Of a stretch of 64,000 bases of DNA, positions 38,247 to 47,182 are shown one piece after another. A program made the translations under genes and the position numbers. The notes beneath the pieces were generated by a model, which made no database searches, was not told the origin of the DNA, and saw only the letters and a list, made by a program, of their open reading frames with translations. The stretch comes from Minisyncoccota bacterium (GTDB lineage Bacteria; Patescibacteriota; Minisyncoccia; Phycocordibacterales; UBA6899): the NCBI GenBank assembly GCA_035583355.1, contig DATEZQ010000012.1, forward strand, positions 24,683-88,682, written 5' to 3'. Within the stretch, counting starts at the first letter, position 1. Every line of letters starts with the position of its first letter.

Positions 38247-38690
38247 CTATGAAATCACTTCTTCCACAATTCTTCCGTCTCTATAAACCCAGACGACGTG
38301 CACGCATCTTTTAAGTACTCCAACGAAGATGCCAATTTGGTAATTTAGATTTCTGTAACTCCTTATTTTATTGATATCCGCTACCCCCAATATTGAGCTC
38401 GGGGAGCATTTTTTTATTTCAAATATTGCAAGATTGCGTTCATTTGAACCTCTTCTGTGAATTATTATATCAGGTCGAACAACTGTTCCATCATCATTCA
38501 TTTTTGGTCCAGCTAAGCTTTTGCTATATTCACAGTCTATGTTAAATTCTTGCCCAAAATTACTTTCTAGATACAGAGCAATCCTATGGCTCAGGGTCGG
38601 CTCGTAGATTTTTACATTCATTAGTTCTACCCAGTCATTATCCATAAATAATCGAATTGCGGAACGAATTCCATTTTTTGTATCCTCCAT
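38247..38690 (-). CDS. hypothetical protein with PD-(D/E)xK-like motif
   Basis: 147 aa. RPDIIIHRRG...NLAIFEIKK fits hD-x(n)-E-x-K of restriction-endonuclease-fold nucleases. It lies in AT-rich DNA. Confidence 0.35.
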   Translation of the reverse strand: MEDTKNGIRSAIRLFMDNDWVELMNVKIYEPTLSHRIALYLESNFGQEFNIDCEYSKSLAGPKMNDDGTVVRPDIIIHRRGSNERNLAIFEIKKCSPSSILGVADINKIRSYRNLNYQIGIFVGVLKRCVHVVWVYRDGRIVEEVIS

Positions 38691-38694
38691 ATTA

Positions 38695-39471
38695 CTAGTT
38701 TTCTAATTTGACATATTTCTCTAGTTCAAGTGCAGCATCTCTAATCCCAGATATTTCATATATTAAATCACTGAGTCTATATATCATATCTGATGTTGCC
38801 ACAGACCACTGTTCGCACTGCTTACTCTGGAGGCTCCACAATTCTTTCTCTTTATCTAGGTTTTCTACGGCCTTCTCTTCCTTCTCCCTCAATAATATAT
38901 TTGCGTAATCCCAGTTAATAGTGTCTTTCAATCCATCTGAATGAAGGATCGAACTAAAGTTTTTTAGAATTTCTACCTCAGTAGCAGGTGCATTTATGTA
39001 GTAGCCAAAATCTCCCTTATTACCACCATGCTTATGATTGTTGCCAATATCTGTTATAGGTTTAAATTGAATATCTATTCTATCAATAAGTCCATTTAAC
39101 GACTCAACAACTTCCTCATCACGAGGGATATTCTTTTTAATAAATTTGATAAATCTTAATAATCTTTCTTTATATGCATACACATCAGCATAATATGAGT
39201 GAATATGGTATTGGAGAGCGTCTCCATCAGGTATTGCATCCAGTTCAACGTAAAAGTATTTAAAATATACAGTATACTTTTTTAATTTATTTTCGAACCA
39301 TTCGATTTCAGTTAATCTGTTTATACACTCATTTATATTAACTGTGTTAACGGTCAATAAAAGTGGTCTAATCTTCTGATTGATTTCTGAGATCATATAT
39401 TCTGTTCCCACATTCGTATCTCTAGATATTGAAAGTATACTTTTTATTCTTTGCAAGTGGCTTATTAACAT
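38695..39471 (-). CDS. hypothetical protein
   Basis: 258-aa ORF in AT-rich DNA. It lies 4 nt upstream of, and in a different frame from, the PD-(D/E)xK-like gene; no known domain. Confidence 0.35.
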   Translation of the reverse strand: MLISHLQRIKSILSISRDTNVGTEYMISEINQKIRPLLLTVNTVNINECINRLTEIEWFENKLKKYTVYFKYFYVELDAIPDGDALQYHIHSYYADVYAYKERLLRFIKFIKKNIPRDEEVVESLNGLIDRIDIQFKPITDIGNNHKHGGNKGDFGYYINAPATEVEILKNFSSILHSDGLKDTINWDYANILLREKEEKAVENLDKEKELWSLQSKQCEQWSVATSDMIYRLSDLIYEISGIRDAALELEKYVKLEN

Positions 39472-39656
39472 ACTTAAATTCTATCATGTACTTGCATAAT
39501 CTAAAGTCTAGAATTATTGCGCACCAATCTATTGAATTAGAAGTGCTACGGCCTTTTTGAAAGTGTGGCTAGAAATACCGACCCGCGAGCCTCATAAAAC
39601 GGATCAATATAATCCAAAATAACCTTACAGTACCTACGCCCACGATTACCTCACTC

Positions 39657-39704
39657 ATATGGCCTGCAAAAAGAAAAAACAACACGCGAGTGTTGTTTTT
39701 GTTT
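39657..39704. repeat. 43-bp direct repeat DR-right
   Basis: See DR-left. Confidence 0.55.
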
Positions 39705-39797
39705 TTCCACAGAATCCAATTAATACGAATACCCTCCTTGTTCAGAAACAGCAATTAAATACTTAAGGAATAAAATATTTCACGTACACAGAGAGTT

Positions 39798-41564
39798 CTA
39801 ATCAATTTCACTGTATACGACTTCCCTAAGGAATCTATCTTTTCGAGTAAACGTTGCCCTGGTATGCGCCTGTATGTCGAGCTTGATTTCTTTAGTCCTC
39901 TCTTCATTCTCAATTTTATCCCTATTTAACGTAAGAATATATTGAAAGTTTGACTTTTCCTCTTGCTCTGCGAGAAAATTAAGGCTCTGCACTAGCGTAT
40001 CTTGGTCCACATCAAAAATATTATCATGCACCAATATTGATGGATGTCGCTTCTTCGTATGATTATTAATCATCAATGCAATGTCATAAATAAATACCTT
40101 TTCCCTATCAACGCTATGACTCCCATCTTCAGGAATACGAAAATCGAATTGAACAATTTTTTTACCCTTACCAGACTTTACCGCGGATATATCAAAAGTA
40201 ATTTTGGCATTGCCCATTATATACGAGTGAATATCAGCAAGTGTCCTGTTGAAATCATCGATAACGCTGTTGTAGGACATTATTTCATCTTCAAGGGCAG
40301 ACACGTAGCCATCTCTCTTGCGTTTTAAGACGTTTATCTCATACTCAACACTCTCATGTTCACGCAAATTTGCTTGAGTAATTGATAAATTTTCTTTCCT
40401 CCTAGACATTAATGCGTAACTTTCTTTTAATGAATCAAGGGAACCATTGAAATTTATCATCACAAGCAATGACGACCTTCTCGCGTCTAAAACACTCAAA
40501 CGACTCTGGATTTTTTGCACCTCACTTCTAATCTCGTGAGCACGACCGTCTATAAGGATCTTTTGATAATTCTCAATTTTTTGCTTAAACGCGACAACAT
40601 CACTAATTGACCTTGCAACCAAATCACCAAGCCCCTTTGCAAATTTGTTATACACAAATTGAACTTCGCTAGTATCAATAATTTCCAACTTAGGTATAGA
40701 TTCAATTCTCTGAAGTTCAAACCTTAATGCCGCCCTCTTAATTCGCAGCTGTTCACATTCTAAATCAATATTCCCAAGCTCCTCTTGGTTATTTTGGAAA
40801 ATTGGTTCCATCTTATATTCATCAAGAAGTGAGTTTATTTTTCCGAGCTCAAGCTCAGAATCATTAACTTCGGCCTTGATGTCAGAAATATTTTGATTCC
40901 CAGAACCAGTCAACCTTTTTGTAATATGATTTTTAGTTTTCTGCTTTTCATCAATTTCCTTAAATACCTTTTTTATTCTCCTTATATAGCTAGGATTAAT
41001 TCCGAAAAGGTATAAATGTGGCTTGGTGAGATCTTGGTCAGGGATCTTTTCCCTCAAATCGTAGCAATTTAAAATACTCTTAAATTCTGAATCCTCAGAC
41101 CGTATTAATGGGCCCATAAACTCTCTGAAACTCGGCCTTTCTATATCATCTCCTGAATTGCTGAAAAGCAAATTTCCTAGGTAGGTAGTCGCATCTGCCA
41201 TATTCTTAAACTTTGTAATCTGGCCCTCACATACAATTTCCGGCTTATTCGGCTCTTTTATGGTTCTCCTCAATGTTAACTCCTTCCCGCCGATTGAAAC
41301 GTCAAGACAAATTATTGCGTTATGCGAAAATTTATCAAGCGGGATTTTCATAACCCTGCTATCACTCGAGTCCTTTAAAAGGCAAAAGTTGATAAATTCG
41401 ACTGAGAGCGACTTTCCGACTCCATTTGTTTTTTTATCCTTCCTGGACGTAGACCTTGATTCTGAATCCGGGACCTTCTCTCCAAGAATAATATTTATAC
41501 CATCATAAAAACTGATGGGCTTGAAAGTCTCTGGTTGGCTATATAGCTTATGTAGACGAATCAT
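39798..41564 (-). CDS. SMC/ABC-type ATPase (ABC-three-component-like / DUF2326-like) with coiled-coil insert
   Basis: N-terminal P-loop KKTNGVGKSLSVEF (xxNGxGKS), then about 300 aa of coiled-coil-like sequence. The C-terminal region has a Walker-B-like SILVHDNIFDVD with D-loop. The start overlaps the upstream stop. Confidence 0.5.
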   Translation of the reverse strand: MIRLHKLYSQPETFKPISFYDGINIILGEKVPDSESRSTSRKDKKTNGVGKSLSVEFINFCLLKDSSDSRVMKIPLDKFSHNAIICLDVSIGGKELTLRRTIKEPNKPEIVCEGQITKFKNMADATTYLGNLLFSNSGDDIERPSFREFMGPLIRSEDSEFKSILNCYDLREKIPDQDLTKPHLYLFGINPSYIRRIKKVFKEIDEKQKTKNHITKRLTGSGNQNISDIKAEVNDSELELGKINSLLDEYKMEPIFQNNQEELGNIDLECEQLRIKRAALRFELQRIESIPKLEIIDTSEVQFVYNKFAKGLGDLVARSISDVVAFKQKIENYQKILIDGRAHEIRSEVQKIQSRLSVLDARRSSLLVMINFNGSLDSLKESYALMSRRKENLSITQANLREHESVEYEINVLKRKRDGYVSALEDEIMSYNSVIDDFNRTLADIHSYIMGNAKITFDISAVKSGKGKKIVQFDFRIPEDGSHSVDREKVFIYDIALMINNHTKKRHPSILVHDNIFDVDQDTLVQSLNFLAEQEEKSNFQYILTLNRDKIENEERTKEIKLDIQAHTRATFTRKDRFLREVVYSEID

Positions 41565-41782
41565 ATCTTGAAAATATAAGGCTCCGAAAAATCAACTACT
41601 CCAGATTGATATAGAAATATCAAAGTAAAAATCAATTGGCGATGATTAACTAAACCAACTTGATCTTTCAAACTCAAAACAAGCTCATCGAGGGTGATTT
41701 TTTTTCTTTTTTGAATTCTCTTCAAAATAAGAAACCCTAGATAAGGGGGCGAAACTCCTATTTTTTCATCTTTTGTAATCAT
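41561..41782 (-). CDS. small hypothetical protein (73 aa), middle gene of three-gene cassette
   Basis: Both ends overlap its neighbours by 4 nt (ATGA), indicating translational coupling. Confidence 0.4.
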   Translation of the reverse strand: MITKDEKIGVSPPYLGFLILKRIQKRKKITLDELVLSLKDQVGLVNHRQLIFTLIFLYQSGVVDFSEPYIFKI

Positions 41783-42738
41783 GGAGCGTTCGGGAAAACA
41801 TTACACTTCACCAATTCGTCGAGTAAGTAAAACCTGATTGCCTGATAATCATACTTTTTCTTTGAATTTTTGGAAATTTCATTCTCGAAATATTCAGTGA
41901 GATTAACAAGTGCAACCTCCGCATCCCCATCAGCCTGGGTAAGAAAATCATCACTTCTAATTCGTAGAAAATTCCTCATATACTCGACCTTGGCAGTATC
42001 AAGGCCTAAGGCTCTATCGACTTCAACTCTTGCTGCGCAGTAAATAGGAAGAAGAGAGACTAGTTGCGATTTTAGAAATTCAGATTTCGAAGAGAATCGC
42101 TGCTCGATTTTCCCCTGAGGGTCTGGCTCCTCGCGATACTGTCCATTCGTTAATTCCTTTTTTTCACTAATGTACAGAACCAAATCTGCGATAGTCTCAA
42201 CCTCAGATGCAATTTTGTTTTCAGTTTTAGAATGAGAGCCACCCGAAAATTCCTCCTCAAAAATTTGTAAAATCCTCATGATCTCCCCAGGGGATCCTTT
42301 TGCCCGAACTAAACCTAAGATATCTGTCAAATCCATAATATCCCCTGAATCAAACTTTATTCCTTTAGGGGCAGTAATTGATTTAATTTTACGCTTTTTA
42401 TCTGCAATAATAATAAATTTCAATGTATCATACGAGGAAGAAAGCCCATTGGCGTCAAAAGCTTTTATTGTTTTATCAATTTTTGTTTTACTATTCTCGG
42501 ATGTAACTTGAACGGAAACGCGTTTCTCTTCATCCCCCAGGTCAATAGAGGGGAAGTTCATTCTTAGAATATTTTTATTTTCGAGATTTAAAGCGAGAAT
42601 TTCATTAAGCAGGCGACAGAAAAAATCTTCTAGGTGACTATTTATATCCGTTAGGCCATTTCCATTACTTATCTTAGTTTGCACTTTTATGCGAGCAAGA
42701 TATGCTGTCACCTCATTAATTAAATCTTGCCTATCCAT
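41779..42738 (-). CDS. SMEK-like domain protein (first gene of cassette)
   Basis: The N-terminal region EVTAYLARIKV...LTDINSHLEDFFCRLLNEILALNL...MNFPSIDLGDEEKRVSVQVTS resembles, from memory, N-termini annotated as SMEK domain in ABC-three-component-type conflict systems. Confidence 0.35.
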   Translation of the reverse strand: MDRQDLINEVTAYLARIKVQTKISNGNGLTDINSHLEDFFCRLLNEILALNLENKNILRMNFPSIDLGDEEKRVSVQVTSENSKTKIDKTIKAFDANGLSSSYDTLKFIIIADKKRKIKSITAPKGIKFDSGDIMDLTDILGLVRAKGSPGEIMRILQIFEEEFSGGSHSKTENKIASEVETIADLVLYISEKKELTNGQYREEPDPQGKIEQRFSSKSEFLKSQLVSLLPIYCAARVEVDRALGLDTAKVEYMRNFLRIRSDDFLTQADGDAEVALVNLTEYFENEISKNSKKKYDYQAIRFYLLDELVKCNVFPNAP

Positions 42739-42843
42739 GCTGCAATTATATCATAATTGAAATTGAATTCTCCTTAGCACGTAGTAATATTGTCGAAAAA
42801 ACCGCCAACGCGGTTTTTATTACCTCTTGCATCCTCCTACTCT

Positions 42844-43443
42844 TCAAAAAGTCCCCGTCTTTACTTCTCCAACACGCTCATAGTTAGCAAAGATCACTCC
42901 GCTCGGGGAAACCTTACTGTCTGTGAGCTTAAAGGCTGCAGGAATCGTCCCCTCAGCGAAAAGACGTTTACCTGTGCCCAGGGTAATTGGGAATATTTTT
43001 AGCCAGAGTTCATCAACCAAGTCGTGCTTCCAGAGAGTCTGGGCAAGGTTGCCACTCCCGTACACATGCAGATCGGGACCATCTTGTTTCTTTAGTTCCT
43101 GAATTTTTTCAACCACAGAAGCACCCGAAATCACTACTGAATTTTCCCAAGTTGGATCAAAGAGTGAATGCGATACAACATACTTTTTCATCGTATTTAT
43201 CCCCTGCCATCCATCCGCATGTGTCGGCCAATAGGAAGCAAAGATGTCGTACGTTTTCCTCCCCAAGAGAAGCTCTGATGGTCTGTTCATCTGCTCTGCC
43301 ATAACCGCGTTCCCCAATTCATCAAAATAGGGGACGGTCCAACCGCCGTACTTGAATCCACCGGAAGTATCTTCCTGCGGCCCTCCCGGAGCCTGCATAA
43401 CACCATCGAGTGTTATAAATGTTAAAACAATAATTTTTCTCAT
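42844..43443 (-). CDS. dihydrofolate reductase family protein (RibD C-terminal domain-like)
   Basis: MRKIIVLTFITLDGVMQAPGG...GGWT...LLLGRKTY pattern of YwjB/RibD_C family. Confidence 0.65.
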   Translation of the reverse strand: MRKIIVLTFITLDGVMQAPGGPQEDTSGGFKYGGWTVPYFDELGNAVMAEQMNRPSELLLGRKTYDIFASYWPTHADGWQGINTMKKYVVSHSLFDPTWENSVVISGASVVEKIQELKKQDGPDLHVYGSGNLAQTLWKHDLVDELWLKIFPITLGTGKRLFAEGTIPAAFKLTDSKVSPSGVIFANYERVGEVKTGTF

Positions 43444-43516
43444 ATATATTGACTGCGCTACATTGATAAAAAGGCTTTGAAAGAGACGAGGCTCCTTACA
43501 ATCCGCTCACTGCTCT

Positions 43517-43756
43517 CTACTTCCTCCACCTCGGCGCAAACCTCACGAGCCACGTGAAAAACCTCGCCTTTATCTCCCCCACCCCATTAGCCCTCATCCC
43601 CTCATAACACCTCTTCTGAAACTCCTTCAAATCATTCCCCTCATAACAAAGCTTCCCATCCTTAAAACAATAACTACAATATTTATCACTCCCACTTACC
43701 CCAGGATCCTTGTCCAAAGGCATCAAGCAACTTTCACACATGGGTTTCTTTTTCAT
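43517..43756 (-). CDS. zinc-ribbon domain protein
   Basis: 79 aa with CESC...CSYC cysteine pairs. Confidence 0.4.
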   Translation of the reverse strand: MKKKPMCESCLMPLDKDPGVSGSDKYCSYCFKDGKLCYEGNDLKEFQKRCYEGMRANGVGEIKARFFTWLVRFAPRWRK

Positions 43757-43769
43757 ATGATTATTATAT

Positions 43770-43797
43770 CAAAAACCAGCACGAGGTGCTGGTTTTT
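43770..43797. terminator. conserved-stem terminator hairpin (AAAAACCAGCAC-loop-GTGCTGGTTTTT family)
   Basis: Other members: 47683-47709, 48866-48889, 49356-49390, 49989-50016. CAACAC variants: 37962-38002, 39660-39703, 51402-51428, 52367-52394. Confidence 0.55.
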
Positions 43798-43799
43798 TA

Positions 43800-44264
43800 T
43801 TATGCAACTTTCTTCAGTTCCTTAAAACGCATCCAGATCAAAACGATATATACTACGAACGGAATCCAAGATACAAACAATGAGAAGAAGAAAAGATACG
43901 CAAATAAAGGGGCAAGCGGTGACATAAGGACCATATAGTACACATTACGCAACACAATAAGGCCATAGATTTTACCATCAAATCGCGATTCCGATGTGGT
44001 GAATTTTTTTCTGAATACGAAACTTTCCAAAACAATAAAAATCAAGAAATTTCTTATGTCTGAAGATATCGAACTAAAGTACGAACTTAATTGAACCGTT
44101 CGATCATGCATTATAATAGTGTCCGCAAGTAACATCACTGCAACCAGAATAAAGGTAATGATGTTTAGTCGAGGAATCTTCTCTGTCCAAAATACATTTT
44201 TGATTGGTGCAGCATTTTCTACTGCACTCGCAGCTGGCACTGCAGTCGCGTTTTCATTTTCCAT
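43800..44264 (-). CDS. hypothetical membrane protein
   Basis: 154 aa with four predicted TM helices. Confidence 0.4.
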   Translation of the reverse strand: MENENATAVPAASAVENAAPIKNVFWTEKIPRLNIITFILVAVMLLADTIIMHDRTVQLSSYFSSISSDIRNFLIFIVLESFVFRKKFTTSESRFDGKIYGLIVLRNVYYMVLMSPLAPLFAYLFFFSLFVSWIPFVVYIVLIWMRFKELKKVA

Positions 44265-44326
44265 AACACTATTATATCAAAAAAATACAGGCATCCTCAG
44301 GATGCCTGTAATCGATTGCAGTATTT

Positions 44327-44521
44327 CTAGTCCTTCATGTAGTTCCACTCGAGATCCTCGGGCGGCTCGCCGAGCACCTTCTTGAGCTCCTCGAGCTTCT
44401 CCTTACAACCCTTGGGCATCACGAACGCACCGACATTATCGGCGCCGCTCGCATTCCAGCGCGGATCGGACTTGCTGTACAGCGTCCAAGTGCCTGGGCG
44501 GAGCAATGGAATGAGTACCAT
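44327..44521 (-). CDS. small hypothetical protein (64 aa)
   Basis: MVLIPLLRPGTW... begins 17 nt after the upstream stop, with an AAGAGAGG RBS. The longer ORF-track version (to 44716) is the alternate frame of the upstream gene. Confidence 0.25.
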   Translation of the reverse strand: MVLIPLLRPGTWTLYSKSDPRWNASGADNVGAFVMPKGCKEKLEELKKVLGEPPEDLEWNYMKD

Positions 44522-44537
44522 GTCGTAACCTCTCTTT

Positions 44538-45101
44538 CTAAAACTTCGTTGAAATATGTATTCGCAATGAACGGTACTTCGCCTTTTCTTTCCCGAAGAG
44601 CAATTCGAGTGAGGCCACCTTAATTCTGAACCACAAGAGGAGCCAAAAGATGAAGATCGTGCTTTCGTGCTCGTAGCCAAAGTGCTCGGGCTCGAAGGTC
44701 TTTGGATCATAGCCAAGGTGATACACCTCGGGCCTGTCCTCCGCCTCGATTTGCGTCGTGAGATCTGACTTCCAGAAGTGATGGAACTTCAGCAGTCCTT
44801 CACCAGATTTCCAAATCTTGTAATGCCCTACGCGGTCTTTCTTGATGCCGTAGGAGTGCTCCTTGTGCGTCTCAGCTTCCTTGTCTTCGATACTGACATT
44901 CCCCTGCTCGGCAGTGTGTCCTGAAATGGCGTCTCCACCAGACTTCGTAGTGACACTACTCTCGAGTGCGAAGAATTTCTCCTTATCGAGCGTATCGCCA
45001 TAGGCGATAATCGTCCGCATGGCTGAGCAGTCGCTGTCTTCGCCTGCGATCAGGCGCTCGAGCGCTGCGTTGAGCATGAGCTTATCGACTACAGGATCCA
45101 T
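44538..45101 (-). CDS. hypothetical protein
   Basis: 187-aa ORF with an acidic N-region and a hydrophobic C-terminal stretch. Confidence 0.4.
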   Translation of the reverse strand: MDPVVDKLMLNAALERLIAGEDSDCSAMRTIIAYGDTLDKEKFFALESSVTTKSGGDAISGHTAEQGNVSIEDKEAETHKEHSYGIKKDRVGHYKIWKSGEGLLKFHHFWKSDLTTQIEAEDRPEVYHLGYDPKTFEPEHFGYEHESTIFIFWLLLWFRIKVASLELLFGKEKAKYRSLRIHISTKF

Positions 45102-45193
45102 GAAACCTCCGTAATATTCCTAGAGTAATATACAATATATACTGCCAATTGTCAATTACATTCTTGTATGATCAATCCTTTATAATATATAGC

Positions 45194-45571
45194 ATGAACT
45201 CAATAACATATTTTGAAATCCAAGCCTCGAACCCTCCCGCACTCGTAAAATTCTACTCTTCTATCTTCAACTGGCATTTTGCGCGCGTAGATGGGCTCCC
45301 CATCGAGTATTACCACATCAGCAATGCAGGTATCAACGGCGGACTCCTCCAGCGCCCCATGAAAGTTCCTCCAATGGAATACGGCACCAATGCATTCACC
45401 AACTCAATCGAGGTCGAAAACTTCGACGCAACCGCAAAACTTATCTTGGAGCATGGCGGAACAATCGCCATGGAAAAATTTGCAATCCCCGGAAAATGCT
45501 GGCAGGGATATTTCCTCGATACCGACAATAACGTTTTCGGATTAGTACAAGTCGACCCCAATGCAAAGTAA
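45194..45571 (+). CDS. VOC (glyoxalase/bleomycin-resistance) family protein
   Basis: Start MNSITYFEIQ; beta-alpha-beta-beta-beta paired-module pattern (YFEIQ...FNW...GG...GT...FGL). Confidence 0.5.
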   Translation: MNSITYFEIQASNPPALVKFYSSIFNWHFARVDGLPIEYYHISNAGINGGLLQRPMKVPPMEYGTNAFTNSIEVENFDATAKLILEHGGTIAMEKFAIPGKCWQGYFLDTDNNVFGLVQVDPNAK

Positions 45572-45851
45572 ACAAGTTATCTGTTCTCGTGGACACGAAT
45601 TCACCAAAACACCTGCGACTCCTGTCTGTCCTATCTGCTGGCCCGGATACAAAAAGAATCAACGCATAGACCTCCCTACCGACCTCTCCGCTCCCGCATA
45701 TCGTGCACTGACCGATGCGAACATAACGACCCTCAAGAAACTTGCACAGTACACGGCAGAAGATATTCTTTCATTACATGGAATTGGACCGAGCTCACTC
45801 CCTAAATTGAAACGAGCCTTAGCAGAAAATAATCTTGCATTCAAGCAATAG
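45561..45851 (+). CDS. hypothetical protein (helix-hairpin-helix-like C-terminus)
   Basis: 96 aa; CxxGH...CPIC zinc-ribbon-like N-terminus and an LHGIGPSSLPKL HhH-like motif. Confidence 0.35.
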   Translation: MQSKQVICSRGHEFTKTPATPVCPICWPGYKKNQRIDLPTDLSAPAYRALTDANITTLKKLAQYTAEDILSLHGIGPSSLPKLKRALAENNLAFKQ

Positions 45852-45854
45852 CAT

Positions 45855-46322
45855 ATGCAAAAAATTACCCCTTATCTCTGGTTCGACAGCAATCTCAAAG
45901 AAATCACGGACTACTATCTCTCAGTCTTCCCTGAAGCAACGCTCCATACGAATGGAACGCTCTCCGATACACCTTCGGGTGAAGTCGAGCTCGCAACACT
46001 CACCATCTTCGGACAAGAATTGAACCTCATGACTGCAGGTCCGATGTTCAAATTCACTGAGGCAATCTCTTTTATGATTCACTGTGACACACAAGAGGAG
46101 ATCGATTACTACTGGGAGAAACTTTCCGCGGTTCCTGATGCTGAGCAGTGCGGCTGGTGCAAAGACAAATATGGCCTCTCATGGCAAGTCGCACCAACCG
46201 CCTTGGAGGAGATGCTCGCGTGTGGCGACAAGAAAAAAGTTGCAAGCGTCACCCAAGCATTTCTCAAGATGAAGAAATTCCATATCAGTTTGCTCGAAGA
46301 AGCATTCAATAATCCACAATAA
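45855..46322 (+). CDS. VOC family protein (PhnB-like)
   Basis: ITPYLWFD ... QCGWCKDKYGLSWQV signature of the PhnB/3-demethylubiquinone-9 methyltransferase-like glyoxalase family. Confidence 0.6.
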   Translation: MQKITPYLWFDSNLKEITDYYLSVFPEATLHTNGTLSDTPSGEVELATLTIFGQELNLMTAGPMFKFTEAISFMIHCDTQEEIDYYWEKLSAVPDAEQCGWCKDKYGLSWQVAPTALEEMLACGDKKKVASVTQAFLKMKKFHISLLEEAFNNPQ

Positions 46323-46323
46323 T

Positions 46324-46746
46324 ATGCCACTCAATGTTCTCGCAATATTTATTGCAGCAATTACCGCATTCGTGCTTGGCTTCATGTTCCATGGACCTCT
46401 CCTCGGGAAGCTCTGGATGCGCCTTGCAGATATCCATCCTACCGGCAACGAAAAGCTCAGTGACATGCTCCCGCAGCTCGGATGGAATTTCCTCACAAAT
46501 CTTATTACTGCAGCAATGCTCGCCGTCCTCTATGCATTCACGGAAACTTCGCCTTATCTCTCTGGAGATGGCGCAATCCGCGGCGCACACTTAGGCGTCA
46601 TGGTCTGGGGAGGATTCATCGCGACCTCGTCCGCAGTCGAGGTCATCTGGATGGGGCGCAAGTTCAACCTCTGGCTTTTTGAAGCATGTTGCTCTATGGT
46701 CATCATGGCAATCATGGGTGCAATCATCGCAAGCATGCCCGCATAA
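46324..46746 (+). CDS. DUF1761-family membrane protein
   Basis: The N-terminus VLAIFIAAITAFVLGFMFHGPLLGKLW matches the DUF1761 pattern; four TM helices. Confidence 0.5.
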   Translation: MPLNVLAIFIAAITAFVLGFMFHGPLLGKLWMRLADIHPTGNEKLSDMLPQLGWNFLTNLITAAMLAVLYAFTETSPYLSGDGAIRGAHLGVMVWGGFIATSSAVEVIWMGRKFNLWLFEACCSMVIMAIMGAIIASMPA

Positions 46747-46779
46747 AAGAAAACCCCGCACTTGTGGTGCGGGGATTTT

Positions 46780-47031
46780 TTATGCCTTCGGACGAGTGAG
46801 CCGTGGGACGATGTACTTCTTCGTGATAAGGAAGACGAGGCCTGAGCTGAGCGCGAAGGACGTGACGACGACGATCAACGGACCATGCTGCCCGAGATAG
46901 CCGGTAACGAACTCGTCGAAGGAAGAGGGTGGCAGAAGCAGCTTCCCGTACAGGAAACCGAGGCCGAAGATGGCGGAGAGCGAGACAATCGTGAAGAACA
47001 AACTTGCGAGCAGAAACTGCTTGATATTCAC
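46780..47031 (-). CDS. small membrane protein
   Basis: 83 aa with two hydrophobic helices. Confidence 0.3.
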   Translation of the reverse strand: MNIKQFLLASLFFTIVSLSAIFGLGFLYGKLLLPPSSFDEFVTGYLGQHGPLIVVVTSFALSSGLVFLITKKYIVPRLTRPKA

Positions 47032-47182
47032 TGTACCTCCAAGTCCCCTGAGGGAAATATGAGCAATCTATTCGTAGACTAATAGATATCACCACAGCAG
47101 TCAATGAGCGCTTTTGTTATTGACAAATATGTTATGTGTGGTACGGTTTTCACAGTTGCACCACTTACCTACAGGAGCCCAC

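Noticed and set aside
44327-45101. Two overlapping ORFs in different frames (187 aa and 129 aa) suggested a frameshifted pseudogene.
   Set aside because: The 129-aa ORF's N-terminal half is low-complexity alternate-frame sequence of the 187-aa gene. A clean 64-aa gene (MVLIPLL...) starts 17 nt after the 187-aa stop with an AAGAGAGG RBS. Two adjacent genes are more parsimonious than a frameshift.
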